Notes: generated by a model not told the origin, from the sequence alone. 58,231 nt of DNA from a virus (IMGVR_UViG_3300025759_000107:1-58231), one strand, 5' to 3'; counted from the stretch's first letter, positions 19,923 through 30,034 are shown. Made by a program: numbers and translations.

Positions 19923-20020
19923 GCCCCGAAGGTAATACCTCAAAAAAGCCGAGGGGGTGCGTGTCCATCGGGGTGGGTTTAGGTTATTTCCCAATACATT
20001 AGCACGCATCTCTTCGCATC
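19923..20020 (+). ncRNA. Candidate ~100-nt structured RNA with possible pseudoknot
   Basis: TTAATAAT-GGTGGGG promoter (19893-19907) with no ORF behind it; 14-bp stem 19950-63/20003-16 with G-U pairs; 19923-29 complementary to 19968-74. Confidence 0.45.
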
Positions 20021-20036
20021 TCTAATACAACCCTCA

Positions 20037-20050
20037 TTATATTGGTGGGG
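20037..20050 (+). promoter_or_regulatory. TATA + GGTGGGG promoter (replication-gene class)
   Basis: TTATATT-GGTGGGG with ATG 22 nt after the motif start; repeated at 24409, 25599, 29188, 32234, 40823, 53336, 54589. Confidence 0.75.
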
Positions 20051-20065
20051 TATATCTGAACCATC

Positions 20066-21805
20066 ATGGCCGTCGTGAGAATCAACATTCCAAGCAAATC
20101 AAAACTTCCAAATCTTTGGGATGAGATACAACCGGATTTTCCAATGCCTTCACCTAGAAAGTTTCAGAATGAAGCATTATCAGTTATCTATCACGCATTG
20201 AAGAAAGATGAGTTTGACAACATAGTTATTCAAGCCCCTACTGGAATAGGGAAATCAGCCATAGCCATGACCGTTCAAGCACAGTTTCAGTCTGCTTATC
20301 TATTGACTCCGAGCCTCGGCCTCGCAACCCAGTATCTTGCCGACTACGGTCATGTTGTGAAAGAAGTGAGGGGTCGCTCCAATTTTCCTTGTTGGGTGAA
20401 GAGTGGTACTGCTGACGGTGCTCCTTGTTGGACGAAGAGAGGTGGTTCTTGTCCACATTCGAAAGAGACCGACCCCTGCCCCTACTACGAACAAAAGTTC
20501 GCTGCCTCTGACGCACGAATCACCCTATCCAATCCGGCTTATTTGTTTAGGGTAATACAGGGCGACCAAAGATTTGAACAAAGAGACTTCGCTATTATAG
20601 ATGAGGCACACAGGATGGAAGGATTTCTTCTTGACCTTCTCGGCACTAGAATATCAGAGAAAGACTGGCAAAAAGTACATGGTCCAAAATGGAACTTTCC
20701 AATGCACTATCACCCTGCCGACTGGCTTGATGATGTAAAGGACTTCGTGAAGTCTTGCGATATGCACCTCAAGGCTGCCGAGGATGAAGAAGATGATGTA
20801 AAGATAAAGGCGTTCCGTAGTATCTTAGAGAAAGGAACTACGATTCTCACACTTCTGCAACAACCGGATAACGTGGTTGTCAAAATGGATAAGACAAGAT
20901 TCGGTAGGTTTGTTGAGTTCAAGCCAGTTCGGGTTCGTGATTATGCAGTTGACATGCTTGATTCAGTTGCGAGAAAAAGAATCTTCTTGTCTGCTACTAT
21001 ACTTGACGTAGATACGTACCTTCATTCTATGGGACTTGAGGACCAGAAAACTCTCTACATCAACATTACCGAAAGTCCATTCCCCAAAGATTGCTTCAAC
21101 ATTCATTATGCTCCCGTTGGCTCTATGTCATACTCGAAGAGAGATGCAACTATTCCAAAACAAGTCAAAGCAATAATCGGAATAATGGAAAAATATCCGA
21201 ACAAGCGTGGTGTCGTTTTACCTCATACACATTACATAAGGAAGGGCATAGTTGAAGGTTTGAGAGCAGCAGGTTACGGAGACCGAGTTGTAACTCACGA
21301 TTCAGATGCAGGGGGTCGAGATTCAGCCATTGATTATTTCATGACAAGTAAAGAAAACAACTTAGTTTTAATCTCGACTTATGTCAATGAGGGGTTTGAC
21401 TTCAAAGGTAAACTAGCCGAGTGGTTGGTATTGTGTAAAGTACCCTATTTACCTGTTATAGACCCTGTTATATCGACTCGATTGACAGAAGACGAACATG
21501 CATGGCGGAGAAAGTATGAAGGCACTGAGGATTGTCCATACGAGCCACCTAGTAAGTATAGTAATGGGATGTGTGGTTCGTTCAGTTGTCCCGCTCCTTG
21601 TAAGAAATGGTACAACCTTCAAACTGCGTTGACTATCGTTCAAGGTGCAGGTAGAATAGTACGTTCACCAAAAGACAAAGGTCAAATATTCATCTTGGAT
21701 TCTTCGTGGGCTAGATTCCAAAGGATGAATGCAGGTATGCTACCTGCTTGGTTCAGAAACAATATCGGACCTATGCCCGCATGGTTAAGGAGACACGTAG
21801 GATGA
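20066..21805 (+). CDS. XPD/DinG-family SF2 helicase (Fe-S)
   Basis: QAPTGIGKS, RGRSNFPC...CPYY Cys cluster, IIDEAH, FLSAT, EGFDF, QGAGRIVRS. Confidence 0.93.
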   Translation: MAVVRINIPSKSKLPNLWDEIQPDFPMPSPRKFQNEALSVIYHALKKDEFDNIVIQAPTGIGKSAIAMTVQAQFQSAYLLTPSLGLATQYLADYGHVVKEVRGRSNFPCWVKSGTADGAPCWTKRGGSCPHSKETDPCPYYEQKFAASDARITLSNPAYLFRVIQGDQRFEQRDFAIIDEAHRMEGFLLDLLGTRISEKDWQKVHGPKWNFPMHYHPADWLDDVKDFVKSCDMHLKAAEDEEDDVKIKAFRSILEKGTTILTLLQQPDNVVVKMDKTRFGRFVEFKPVRVRDYAVDMLDSVARKRIFLSATILDVDTYLHSMGLEDQKTLYINITESPFPKDCFNIHYAPVGSMSYSKRDATIPKQVKAIIGIMEKYPNKRGVVLPHTHYIRKGIVEGLRAAGYGDRVVTHDSDAGGRDSAIDYFMTSKENNLVLISTYVNEGFDFKGKLAEWLVLCKVPYLPVIDPVISTRLTEDEHAWRRKYEGTEDCPYEPPSKYSNGMCGSFSCPAPCKKWYNLQTALTIVQGAGRIVRSPKDKGQIFILDSSWARFQRMNAGMLPAWFRNNIGPMPAWLRRHVG

Positions 21806-22134
21806 ATAAGAAACAGTTGGTATTCAAAAAACGAAATCCAGATTTCATCAATGAGTTGAAAAGAAAGAGAGAGATAATGTGTTTTGTTATGCATGAAAAC
21901 GGAGAACCGTTATACAAATCTGCCGAGGCTCTTTGGAGTAAAGTCAATCGACAATATCAAAAACATGGTTATGTCAAGAATAAAGCATGGATAGAGTGGA
22001 TAGGTTTTCGAGAGTTATTCTGGGAGAGGCTTGTTGATTCTCATAACGATTGGATAAGTACACGTGAGGACATTCAAAGATATGCTACTATAAGCAAAAG
22101 AGCATCTATCATAATGGGGGATGAAGAGGAATGA
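21802..22134 (+). CDS. Hypothetical protein
   Basis: ATG at 21802 in ATGA overlap with the helicase stop; 110 aa. Confidence 0.65.
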   Translation: MNKKQLVFKKRNPDFINELKRKREIMCFVMHENGEPLYKSAEALWSKVNRQYQKHGYVKNKAWIEWIGFRELFWERLVDSHNDWISTREDIQRYATISKRASIIMGDEEE

Positions 22135-22409
22135 CAAGATACCTAATGAATAGGACAATACCGAACAAAGTCCTTGCTCCTTCAACTGAATCTCAACCCG
22201 CACGTGAGTGTGAAGTGGTGGGGTTGTTCACCCTACCCGAATGTCCTAATTGTAAAAGAAAAGGACCAGTTGATTGCATGGCTCTAGGACCGGGCAATTT
22301 GTGGCCGAATAGCGTAGTTATATGTGGAGACAATGACTGCGGTTTGTATTGGTCGCTAGTATCACAATTTCCACCGGACACAAAATGGCGGTCTGATGTA
22401 ACACCTTAA
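22131..22409 (+). CDS. Small zinc-ribbon protein
   Basis: CPNC...CGDNDC; ATGA-coupled. Confidence 0.65.
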   Translation: MTRYLMNRTIPNKVLAPSTESQPARECEVVGLFTLPECPNCKRKGPVDCMALGPGNLWPNSVVICGDNDCGLYWSLVSQFPPDTKWRSDVTP

Positions 22410-22436
22410 GAGGGTGAGGATAAGGAGAGGGGGAAT

Positions 22437-24392
22437 ATGGTTCACGTAAGACAGTCAAGTGAAAACGCAACAGTGTATCACGTTGAAGAGATTGGTTATG
22501 ATATAGTCTTGACTTTCTTGTCTGCGACAAAAGGCCGCATGGACTTCTCTGTATCTCTGAATGATGAGCCTAAAGGTAAAGTGAATGTCCTATCTCAATA
22601 CAGTATCAAGCGTCTAGCAAAAGACTGTAAAATAAAAGATGAAGATTTCCAAACCAACTTACTCAAGGCGGGTCTTATTCTAAAGGATGGAGAATACGAA
22701 GCGGCAGAGTTTGTATCTGCTGAAAAGAAAGAAGCCGAATCATTGTATGGTGATATAGAAGATAAAGATGTAAACGATTTTCTTGGAGACGCTGCCTTAC
22801 TAGATAAGGTGAATAAAATACTCCACGAATCAAGAGACATGCCGTTTGTCGGTGATGATGCTAATCTCATTCTCACATTCTTAGTTATGTTATCATGTAA
22901 AACAGATGCACCATTGAATCTCGAATTGATAGGTCAATCGGCATCTGGAAAAACATACATGACACTGACTGCTAGAAACGGTTTCCCCAAATCTATGTGC
23001 ATGGTATTAGCGGGTGCATCGAGAGAAGCAATGAAGTATGACTATGATGAAATTGATGAGGACGGCAACTTCATTGTCAACGTGGATGGGAAATGTATTA
23101 TCATCTTAGAGAAAGACGAATCGTTTGCATTCATTCAGAGGATGAAGCCGCTCATGTCCGGCGACGATAAGGAGTTGGTTTGGAAAACTCCGATGAAGAA
23201 TGAAATGACAGGAGAGATTGAGACTAGAGATTTCATTATCAGAGGACAACCTGCTTTCATTACATTAACAACTAGAAACCCAAAAGAACAGGAACAAATC
23301 ACAAGACAACTTTTGATGACACCTCAAACATCTGTAAGTAAAGTTGGAAATGTTGTTCGTAATCAATTGATGGCGAAGGCTCGACCCGAAACTTTCACCG
23401 TGAATCCATTGGTTCATACTTTACAAGCATCTATGCTATCCCTTAGAAAGAACAGAGTACGAAATATATTCGCACCTTTGTTGGCTGAGTTTTTCCCATC
23501 GAGAAATGCTCAACATCAGAGGGACGTGAAAAAAGTCCTATCAGTAATCGACGCAGTTACGTTATTACATAGTCATCAACGTCCAACACAGACTGACAAA
23601 ACAGGAACATACATTCTATCTTCTATCGAGGATAATATTGTTGGCTTGTTATTATGCGACATTGTACTTCGTGCTTCATTGTCGGGTGTACCGGACGATG
23701 CGTGGAATACATTCTTGCAGATGCAAACAATGGCAGATTCAAAACGCCGACTCACAATTGATGCTATTCAACAGTGGTTAAACCTTCACGCATTCTCGGT
23801 TTCAAAATCTCAAATCAAGGAGAAGCATTTGCCTACATTAGAAGATGCGGGTCTCATCGAAGTTGCCAATCGAGGTGGTGGCCGAGGTGGTAGCCGCAAG
23901 ACATACAAGATAGTTAAGTCGAGAGAAGGACTACTAGATACATATGCGCTAACACCATTATTCATAGAGGCGGTTCGAGATAATCTGAAAGATGTAATCG
24001 CAGACTTTTCAGATGTACTTGGAACATCAGAACGAGCGAAATCAATCCGAGCATTAACAAAAAACGAAGGTAAGATACTCCGTAGCATCGGATGTAAAAC
24101 CAAAGAGGAATCTGAGATTTGGCGAAGTCTATTCTTGCCGAATTATTTCAGAACAACAAACAAAGGCAACTTACTATGGAAAATAATAGGAACGTCTGAT
24201 AATCGAGATGTGTTATACTCCGGTCGAGCATGGTTCGATAATACTTGGGAATCAAAGGCTACCGAGAAACTTGAGGCTAAGAGAGAGTTGAGAGAAGAAA
24301 TGAGAGTTACCACAATGAAAACAGCCGACATAGATAATGACTCCCTTTGGGATAGTTTGATGGAATCCCACTTAGAGGACTTAGAGGAATGA
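22437..24392 (+). CDS. P-loop/AAA+ ATPase, putative replicative helicase with C-terminal winged helix
   Basis: Walker A GQSASGKT, Walker B-like IIILEKDE, FITLTT sensor-like strand, wHTH-like LPTLEDAGLIEV...YKI; located in the replication module. Confidence 0.7.
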   Translation: MVHVRQSSENATVYHVEEIGYDIVLTFLSATKGRMDFSVSLNDEPKGKVNVLSQYSIKRLAKDCKIKDEDFQTNLLKAGLILKDGEYEAAEFVSAEKKEAESLYGDIEDKDVNDFLGDAALLDKVNKILHESRDMPFVGDDANLILTFLVMLSCKTDAPLNLELIGQSASGKTYMTLTARNGFPKSMCMVLAGASREAMKYDYDEIDEDGNFIVNVDGKCIIILEKDESFAFIQRMKPLMSGDDKELVWKTPMKNEMTGEIETRDFIIRGQPAFITLTTRNPKEQEQITRQLLMTPQTSVSKVGNVVRNQLMAKARPETFTVNPLVHTLQASMLSLRKNRVRNIFAPLLAEFFPSRNAQHQRDVKKVLSVIDAVTLLHSHQRPTQTDKTGTYILSSIEDNIVGLLLCDIVLRASLSGVPDDAWNTFLQMQTMADSKRRLTIDAIQQWLNLHAFSVSKSQIKEKHLPTLEDAGLIEVANRGGGRGGSRKTYKIVKSREGLLDTYALTPLFIEAVRDNLKDVIADFSDVLGTSERAKSIRALTKNEGKILRSIGCKTKEESEIWRSLFLPNYFRTTNKGNLLWKIIGTSDNRDVLYSGRAWFDNTWESKATEKLEAKRELREEMRVTTMKTADIDNDSLWDSLMESHLEDLEE

Positions 24393-24431
24393 TGACGCTC
24401 TTTATATGGGTGGGGATTTCTGACTTTGAAT

Positions 24432-25586
24432 ATGCCGTCAAAGACCGCTAGTAAAACAAAGAAATTGCCAAAGAACGTACAGAGCCGTTTACAGCCCTAC
24501 ATTGATAGGGGTGTTCAGAACGGTATTTTCGTGGATGATTCTCCAGTCGTCGACCTTTTCTCAAGAAAAGCAAACGACCCGAATCTACGTGAAACAATTC
24601 AAGCATTAGGTGGAATGAAATCACCTGCCGCTCAAGGATTCGTAACTGATTGTGTCCTTACTGATTTGTCTAACATCCTACGTCAAAAATCGTACACTGC
24701 TCATATGGATGTATGGGAAGTTGCTCACCGAACAGTCGGAATCGCAAAAGGAAATCCACGCCCAGTATGTTTCATCTACGGTCAAGCCGTTATTGAAGAT
24801 GGCGACGCAGTAATGGACGCTGCTATGTTCAGTATGTCTCTATGGGATGACGACGCAGCAATCGCAGATGACCTTGTAAGAGGCTCATGGAAGGCTGCTG
24901 TATCATGTAGAAACCTAGATGCTGAAATGCTAGACCTAAGACCATTGACAGGCTTAACAGCGTTCAATGAAGAAGAATACGACCACTCACCTGCTGAGGA
25001 CGTTCTACGTAACTTGTATGACGTTACAGACATAGCAGACTTAGAGGACGACATCTCAAGAACACCAAGAGACTACCGTCTAGTTGAAGCGACTGTATCA
25101 TATGCAGGGGTTCAGACTTCAAGGACTGGAAATCAATTCGGTAAAGTCTTACTAAAGGACGAATCAACTATGACTATGGATGCTATCGAGAGCGGTGAAA
25201 ACCTTATGCTCAACTGTATTACTACACCCGACATTGCATCTCGCTATGGTCGATATTCAAGAATCCTAGCACTCATTACAACCAAAGTAAATGGTGAATA
25301 CGGACTATCCGCAAACCTAGAAATCGCAGTCGGTCTAGTGGTTGTTGAACCACCAAAGCCGGAAGTACCCGAAGCAGTAGCAGGGGATGACGGTGCAGAC
25401 GACGCAGCAGATTATTTTGCTGACGACGATGACGAAGAAACACAAGACTCCACAGTTGAAGAAACCGTTGAAGAGACCGCAACAGACGGCTCTATTGAGG
25501 CGGAATCTGACACGGAAACTGTAGAGGGTGATGCCGAATCTCACGAAGCCCCGTCAACTGATGACGACTGGGATGACTGGGAGTAA
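24432..25586 (+). CDS. ssDNA-binding protein (OB-fold/RPA-like) with acidic tail
   Basis: OB-like segments (SMSLWDD, GKVLLKDEST); long D/E tail ending DDDWDDWE; start moved to ATG 24432 from promoter spacing. Confidence 0.7.
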   Translation: MPSKTASKTKKLPKNVQSRLQPYIDRGVQNGIFVDDSPVVDLFSRKANDPNLRETIQALGGMKSPAAQGFVTDCVLTDLSNILRQKSYTAHMDVWEVAHRTVGIAKGNPRPVCFIYGQAVIEDGDAVMDAAMFSMSLWDDDAAIADDLVRGSWKAAVSCRNLDAEMLDLRPLTGLTAFNEEEYDHSPAEDVLRNLYDVTDIADLEDDISRTPRDYRLVEATVSYAGVQTSRTGNQFGKVLLKDESTMTMDAIESGENLMLNCITTPDIASRYGRYSRILALITTKVNGEYGLSANLEIAVGLVVVEPPKPEVPEAVAGDDGADDAADYFADDDDEETQDSTVEETVEETATDGSIEAESDTETVEGDAESHEAPSTDDDWDDWE

Positions 25587-25620
25587 GCAGTTTAATTAGG
25601 TGGAGAACGGAGAGATTCAT

Positions 25621-26517
25621 ATGGTAAAATCAGCAAAGAAGAAAACAGAAGCCTACGCTAATTTGATTGCATCTTGTGATACAGGAGATTCAATGGTGAA
25701 GATAAGACCACGCCACATGAAACTGCAAGGTTTCAGCGGTGCGGGTAAATCCACTTTCGCTCTGAAACATTTTGCTTATCATAGTGAAGGACGAGACCCT
25801 TCTGAATGCTTGATGACGATTATTGACTGCGACCTTGAAGGCCAAGCCGACTTGGTAGCACGTGAAGATATTCTACCACCGTCTCTCCGTTCTCGCCTAT
25901 ACCGTAAGGTATGTCGTAACCCACAAGAAGTCAATGATATGGTTCTAGCATTCATTGATTTACATAGACAACACGCTGCTGAATATCCAGACGGCGTTCG
26001 TGTAATGGTTATGGAAAATGAAGGAGCATATTACCTATCATGCCGTGATTATTATTCACAAGAAGTACACGGTAAGTCCGAAGGTGAACTATTACTTGCT
26101 AGACAACAACAAGCAGTAGCAGAAGGGAAAAAGACACTACCTGCATTCGCAGAAGGTCAAATGCACTCTTACAAAGTAATCAACAAATTATTTTTCCAAC
26201 CATACGAGAGACTCAAAATTGGTGGAGAGTTGTATAACTATCACTTCTTATCTACGGTACTACTTAGACAATATACCCAAGACTACGGAACTGCAAACGA
26301 GAAACAAGTGGTTTCAGCAGCGGGCAGACCAGACCAAACCGACCCTCTCTTTGATTGGATTATTGAACTATCTCAGCAACAGCGAACCAAAGGCGGAGAG
26401 ACACAAGTAAGACACACAGCGCATGTAAAGAAATCACGTGCTTGTAAGCCATTCAGAATAGACAACCCAACACCAGAAAGATTCTGGGATGCCGCTAGAA
26501 AGCAGGGGATGAACTGA
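25621..26517 (+). CDS. RecA-fold/AAA_24 ATPase (Sak4/RadB-like recombination protein)
   Basis: LQGFSGAGKSTF Walker A, IIDCD; next to SSB and a PD-(D/E)XK nuclease. Confidence 0.7.
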   Translation: MVKSAKKKTEAYANLIASCDTGDSMVKIRPRHMKLQGFSGAGKSTFALKHFAYHSEGRDPSECLMTIIDCDLEGQADLVAREDILPPSLRSRLYRKVCRNPQEVNDMVLAFIDLHRQHAAEYPDGVRVMVMENEGAYYLSCRDYYSQEVHGKSEGELLLARQQQAVAEGKKTLPAFAEGQMHSYKVINKLFFQPYERLKIGGELYNYHFLSTVLLRQYTQDYGTANEKQVVSAAGRPDQTDPLFDWIIELSQQQRTKGGETQVRHTAHVKKSRACKPFRIDNPTPERFWDAARKQGMN

Positions 26518-27090
26518 ATGATGAAACACCCTGCATGGTTAATGTGGTCTGAGGCTATTCCATCAGATGTTATTGATGGATGGGTTGAGAAGTGTGTAAA
26601 ACTTCCTGTTCAAAAAGCGTCTACTTTCAGAACTGGAGACGATGGCGACGATGAGAATGATGGACATAGGAAAACCGATATTCGATGGATTCCAAACGAT
26701 GACGTTTACAAGGAATTACATAACACAGTTTGGGAATATGCTATGGCAGCAAACCAACACTTCGGTGTCTCGGTTTCCACATTACCACCGCTACAATTTA
26801 CAGAGTATTCAGATGTTGGACATCATTATGATTCACACCACGATATTGACTACATGAGACAAGATGGTCGCCATAGGAAATTAAGCGTGGTTATACAATT
26901 GACTGACCCCGATGAATACGAAGGTGGAGAATTAGGATTCTCTCATACTGCTTCACCTGCTCCAATAGACCTAGCAAAGAAAGGGTCAATCATAGTATTC
27001 CCTTCGTATCATGAACACTACGTAACCCCTATTACCAGTGGACACCGAAAGTCTTTGGTTGGATGGATAGAAGGACCTAGATGGCAATAA
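26518..27090 (+). CDS. 2OG-Fe(II) oxygenase (PKHD/prolyl-hydroxylase-like)
   Basis: LQFTEY, HYDSHHD, RKLSVVIQL, YEGGEL, FPSY..H.VTPITSGHRKSLVGW. Confidence 0.92.
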   Translation: MMKHPAWLMWSEAIPSDVIDGWVEKCVKLPVQKASTFRTGDDGDDENDGHRKTDIRWIPNDDVYKELHNTVWEYAMAANQHFGVSVSTLPPLQFTEYSDVGHHYDSHHDIDYMRQDGRHRKLSVVIQLTDPDEYEGGELGFSHTASPAPIDLAKKGSIIVFPSYHEHYVTPITSGHRKSLVGWIEGPRWQ

Positions 27091-27132
27091 TTAAGCGTTT
27101 AATTTATACGACACTTAAGATACGCTTTCATT

Positions 27133-28329
27133 ATGAAAGTACCCTACTTATCGGCCAGTAGACTAAAAATGGCGAAAAACTGCACACAACAATATGAGTA
27201 TCATTATGACCCCAAGTCTGATGATGAAATAACGCTTAAGGCAAAAGCGAACCACAGGGATTCTAGTCAAGCGGCTAGAGTCGGAACAAATGTTCACAAT
27301 GCACTAGAGCATTGGCGTAAGCCAGATGAAGATGGTAAAACTGGCAAACTAACATTCGACCGTCTAATGGAATTGTACGAAAAAGAAAACGCAATTTCAG
27401 AAGTCGATTTTCAATTCTATCAAGATGGTAAATCTATGCTGACCCGTTGGTTCGACCGTAGGGGTCGTCAACCAGTAAGAATCATCGACACAGAAAGAGG
27501 ATTTGGAACACATCGAAATCCTTACAAATTATCAAACGGAACACCAGTATTCGGTTTCATTGACGCTATCTTGGAACACAGGGATGGAACAATTGAACTT
27601 CTTGATTACAAGACTCAAAGGGCTGACATAACTCAAGCCGAGGCTGATAATTCAATACAGGCCGGAATCTATCTTGCAGTTGCTAGAGAGTGGTGGCCGG
27701 AAAAGAAAATCAAGTTTTCATTCGACTTGCTACGCTACGGCGTAGTGTCAACTACATGGTCCGATGAAAAAATCGACACGTTCAAAGATTGGTTGAAGGC
27801 TCAGTACGAATGGATTTCAAGTATCGACAAAGGTAATCCAACTATCGGAGATGGATGTAAATGGTGTGCCTTCTCTGATATATGCCCGAAGGCTCAAGAG
27901 TTGATGCAAAAAGGTGCATGGGATTTACTCGACCCTACTACGGGTGAGGACTTGGATGATATGCTAACAGAGTTAGCCACTATCAAAGCCTCTAAGCAAA
28001 TGTTAGACCGTAGACAACGTGCTATTGACGCTCATCTAAAGAACAATGTATTCGATAGGCAGATGCCTGTTGATGAATGCGTTATAGAGACGCAGAATTG
28101 GTCTGTTGTTTGGGGCGAGACCACACGAACACAATACATTCCCTCATTGGTGCAAGAACTTATTCCACCTGCTGTATTCGGTCAAATGGTTTCTCTATCC
28201 AAAACCGCTGTTGAAAAAGTTCTACCAGTTTTACCCGATGATGTTGCGCTTGAAGTCAAAAAGACTGCGATAGTTAAGCCACAGCGTAGGATGAACATAA
28301 AGAAAAAGGAATCGAAAGCAGATGAATGA
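27133..28329 (+). CDS. PD-(D/E)XK nuclease (RecB/Cas4-like)
   Basis: LSASRL...C, GTNVHNALE, GFIDAI, LLDYKT, Q..IY, CKWCAFSDIC. Confidence 0.9.
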   Translation: MKVPYLSASRLKMAKNCTQQYEYHYDPKSDDEITLKAKANHRDSSQAARVGTNVHNALEHWRKPDEDGKTGKLTFDRLMELYEKENAISEVDFQFYQDGKSMLTRWFDRRGRQPVRIIDTERGFGTHRNPYKLSNGTPVFGFIDAILEHRDGTIELLDYKTQRADITQAEADNSIQAGIYLAVAREWWPEKKIKFSFDLLRYGVVSTTWSDEKIDTFKDWLKAQYEWISSIDKGNPTIGDGCKWCAFSDICPKAQELMQKGAWDLLDPTTGEDLDDMLTELATIKASKQMLDRRQRAIDAHLKNNVFDRQMPVDECVIETQNWSVVWGETTRTQYIPSLVQELIPPAVFGQMVSLSKTAVEKVLPVLPDDVALEVKKTAIVKPQRRMNIKKKESKADE

Positions 28330-28663
28330 TAAAACACAAGACGACAAATACGTGCCTAGTAGTAAATATGGACAGCGACGAAAAGGTCGCTTAGGCAAGT
28401 CTGACGGTCGTAATGTGAAACGTCTTTGGAATGCTATGATGAAAGCGGGTGCAACCCATCCCGATGGCAACGCTTTGACAACAGGTCAAATTGCCGCTCT
28501 CGATAATCAACCATTCGAAATGAATCGTTTATCAAATCATCTCGCAAAGAAACCTCATCTATTCGTGTGCGTAGGTTCTGAAAAGATTTCCAGCGTAGAT
28601 GGCAGGTCCAAATATCCGCAAAAAACATGGTTGGCTTTACCGGATGCGTATGACTATAACTAA
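28322..28663 (+). CDS. Winged-helix DNA-binding protein (DUF3860-like)
   Basis: LTTGQI...NRLSNHLAKKPHLFVCVG...TW pattern shared with ORFs at 54238 and 40475. Confidence 0.6.
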   Translation: MNDKTQDDKYVPSSKYGQRRKGRLGKSDGRNVKRLWNAMMKAGATHPDGNALTTGQIAALDNQPFEMNRLSNHLAKKPHLFVCVGSEKISSVDGRSKYPQKTWLALPDAYDYN

Positions 28664-28696
28664 AAGGTTATATACCCCTACCCTCTCCGTTAGAAC

Positions 28697-28969
28697 ATGA
28701 ACTGCCAAGAACAACAAATGACACAACAAATGTGGGACGCTATGCCTCAAGGTATGACATTAAACTATCACCCTTCTATGGAGTACATGGACTTAGAGCC
28801 TACTGTATCTGAGTTCAACGGTGCTACTTACAGGTGGGACGCTGAAGTCGGTGCTTGGTACTGTACCCAAGTAACCAACATGGAAGCCGTGTTAGAGGCT
28901 TACTCAAACAGGGTTTGGAGAGGAATGGACGTATATGTTGAACCTCAAATAGAGAGGGTGTACGCATGA
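28697..28969 (+). CDS. Hypothetical protein (own CTCCG-TAGA promoter)
   Basis: 90 aa; TTATATACC at 28668, CTCCGTTAGAAC-ATG. Confidence 0.7.
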   Translation: MNCQEQQMTQQMWDAMPQGMTLNYHPSMEYMDLEPTVSEFNGATYRWDAEVGAWYCTQVTNMEAVLEAYSNRVWRGMDVYVEPQIERVYA

Positions 28970-29169
28970 GTGCATTCGACCCTCGACTTCAATTCTTGAA
29001 GGACGGTTTGGCCGCATGGGAAATCCAGAATCATTGGAAAGGACCATGCGGTCATTCTATCTCTGAACTAGACTACGACTGTGAATATTGTAAGGCAGTT
29101 AATGAGTACATAATGTACCTAGACTGGCTACCAGAATACAACTACGGTCAACGTGTAGGCGGGCAATAA
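28966..29169 (+). CDS. Small Cys/His-containing protein
   Basis: 67 aa, CGH...CEYC; ATGA-coupled. Confidence 0.6.
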   Translation: MSAFDPRLQFLKDGLAAWEIQNHWKGPCGHSISELDYDCEYCKAVNEYIMYLDWLPEYNYGQRVGGQ

Positions 29170-29209
29170 CACAAGTTCGTTTATATTGGTGGGGAACTAC
29201 GTTCAAAGC

Positions 29210-30034
29210 ATGGCTAGAGAGAACACTCCTAATAGTGCTGTGTCTCGACAGGTGGACATAACAGCCGCAACTAGCCTTCTTACACGATTTCTCGATGCAG
29301 GGACAGTGGATGACCCACCCACCCCAGTACGTATTTTATTCGACAACGACGGTGCTTCTATTTGGACTACGAATCAAACGAGAACACTTCAAGTATTTGT
29401 TGACCGATGGGGTGTCCTTAGTTCACTGGCAGAGCCTTGTGTACTTTTGGTTAACCCAAAGGAACTTTCGAATCTTCTCAAACTAAAGTTTCAGAGTGAA
29501 AATGTTCGTATCACTACGGACACTCATAGTATGATTCGCATACAAGGAGAAACGACAGGAGCAGAAATCAATTGTGCTGACGAGGATGAATGTTTGACAA
29601 TACCCGACCGTTGGGTTTTACCTATCGTGGATGGTGTGAGAACATTCCCCATGTTTAGAAATGAACCGGCTGATTATATTATTGAAATGTCTATGAGTCA
29701 ACTCAAGAACTGTTTGAAAGATATGAAGGTAGCGAAAGCCCCGTATGTTGAATTATTCTTGAACGAAAAGAATCGAGGCGAGGGTAGATGTATGGCCGGT
29801 CATTGGACTTCTAAGACGACACGTTCATGGTCTGACGTGGAATATGAATCTGTTATTGAGCCTACATCTTGGACTATTAGATTCAGTGAAAACCTCGATA
29901 CTATACTTCGTAAGTTTTCAATTGATACAACTGAAGTACGTATCTCGAAACATAGAGAAGGTGCATTCGTTATTATAGATTCAACTGATGGAGAGTTTAC
30001 ATCAGTTTTAGCAACAGAAGCGGTGAAAGAATGA
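29210..30034 (+). CDS. Sliding clamp (PCNA-like)
   Basis: About 274 aa with a repeated alpha/beta pattern (VRILFDNDGASIW, LVNPKELSNLLK, IRFSENLDTIL); sits before primase and the genome encodes RFC; divergent sequence. Confidence 0.6.
   Translation: MARENTPNSAVSRQVDITAATSLLTRFLDAGTVDDPPTPVRILFDNDGASIWTTNQTRTLQVFVDRWGVLSSLAEPCVLLVNPKELSNLLKLKFQSENVRITTDTHSMIRIQGETTGAEINCADEDECLTIPDRWVLPIVDGVRTFPMFRNEPADYIIEMSMSQLKNCLKDMKVAKAPYVELFLNEKNRGEGRCMAGHWTSKTTRSWSDVEYESVIEPTSWTIRFSENLDTILRKFSIDTTEVRISKHREGAFVIIDSTDGEFTSVLATEAVKE

Noticed and set aside
27133-28329. Cas4-like nuclease as evidence of CRISPR-Cas
   Set aside because: No array or other cas genes; solo PD-(D/E)XK nucleases are common in viral recombination modules
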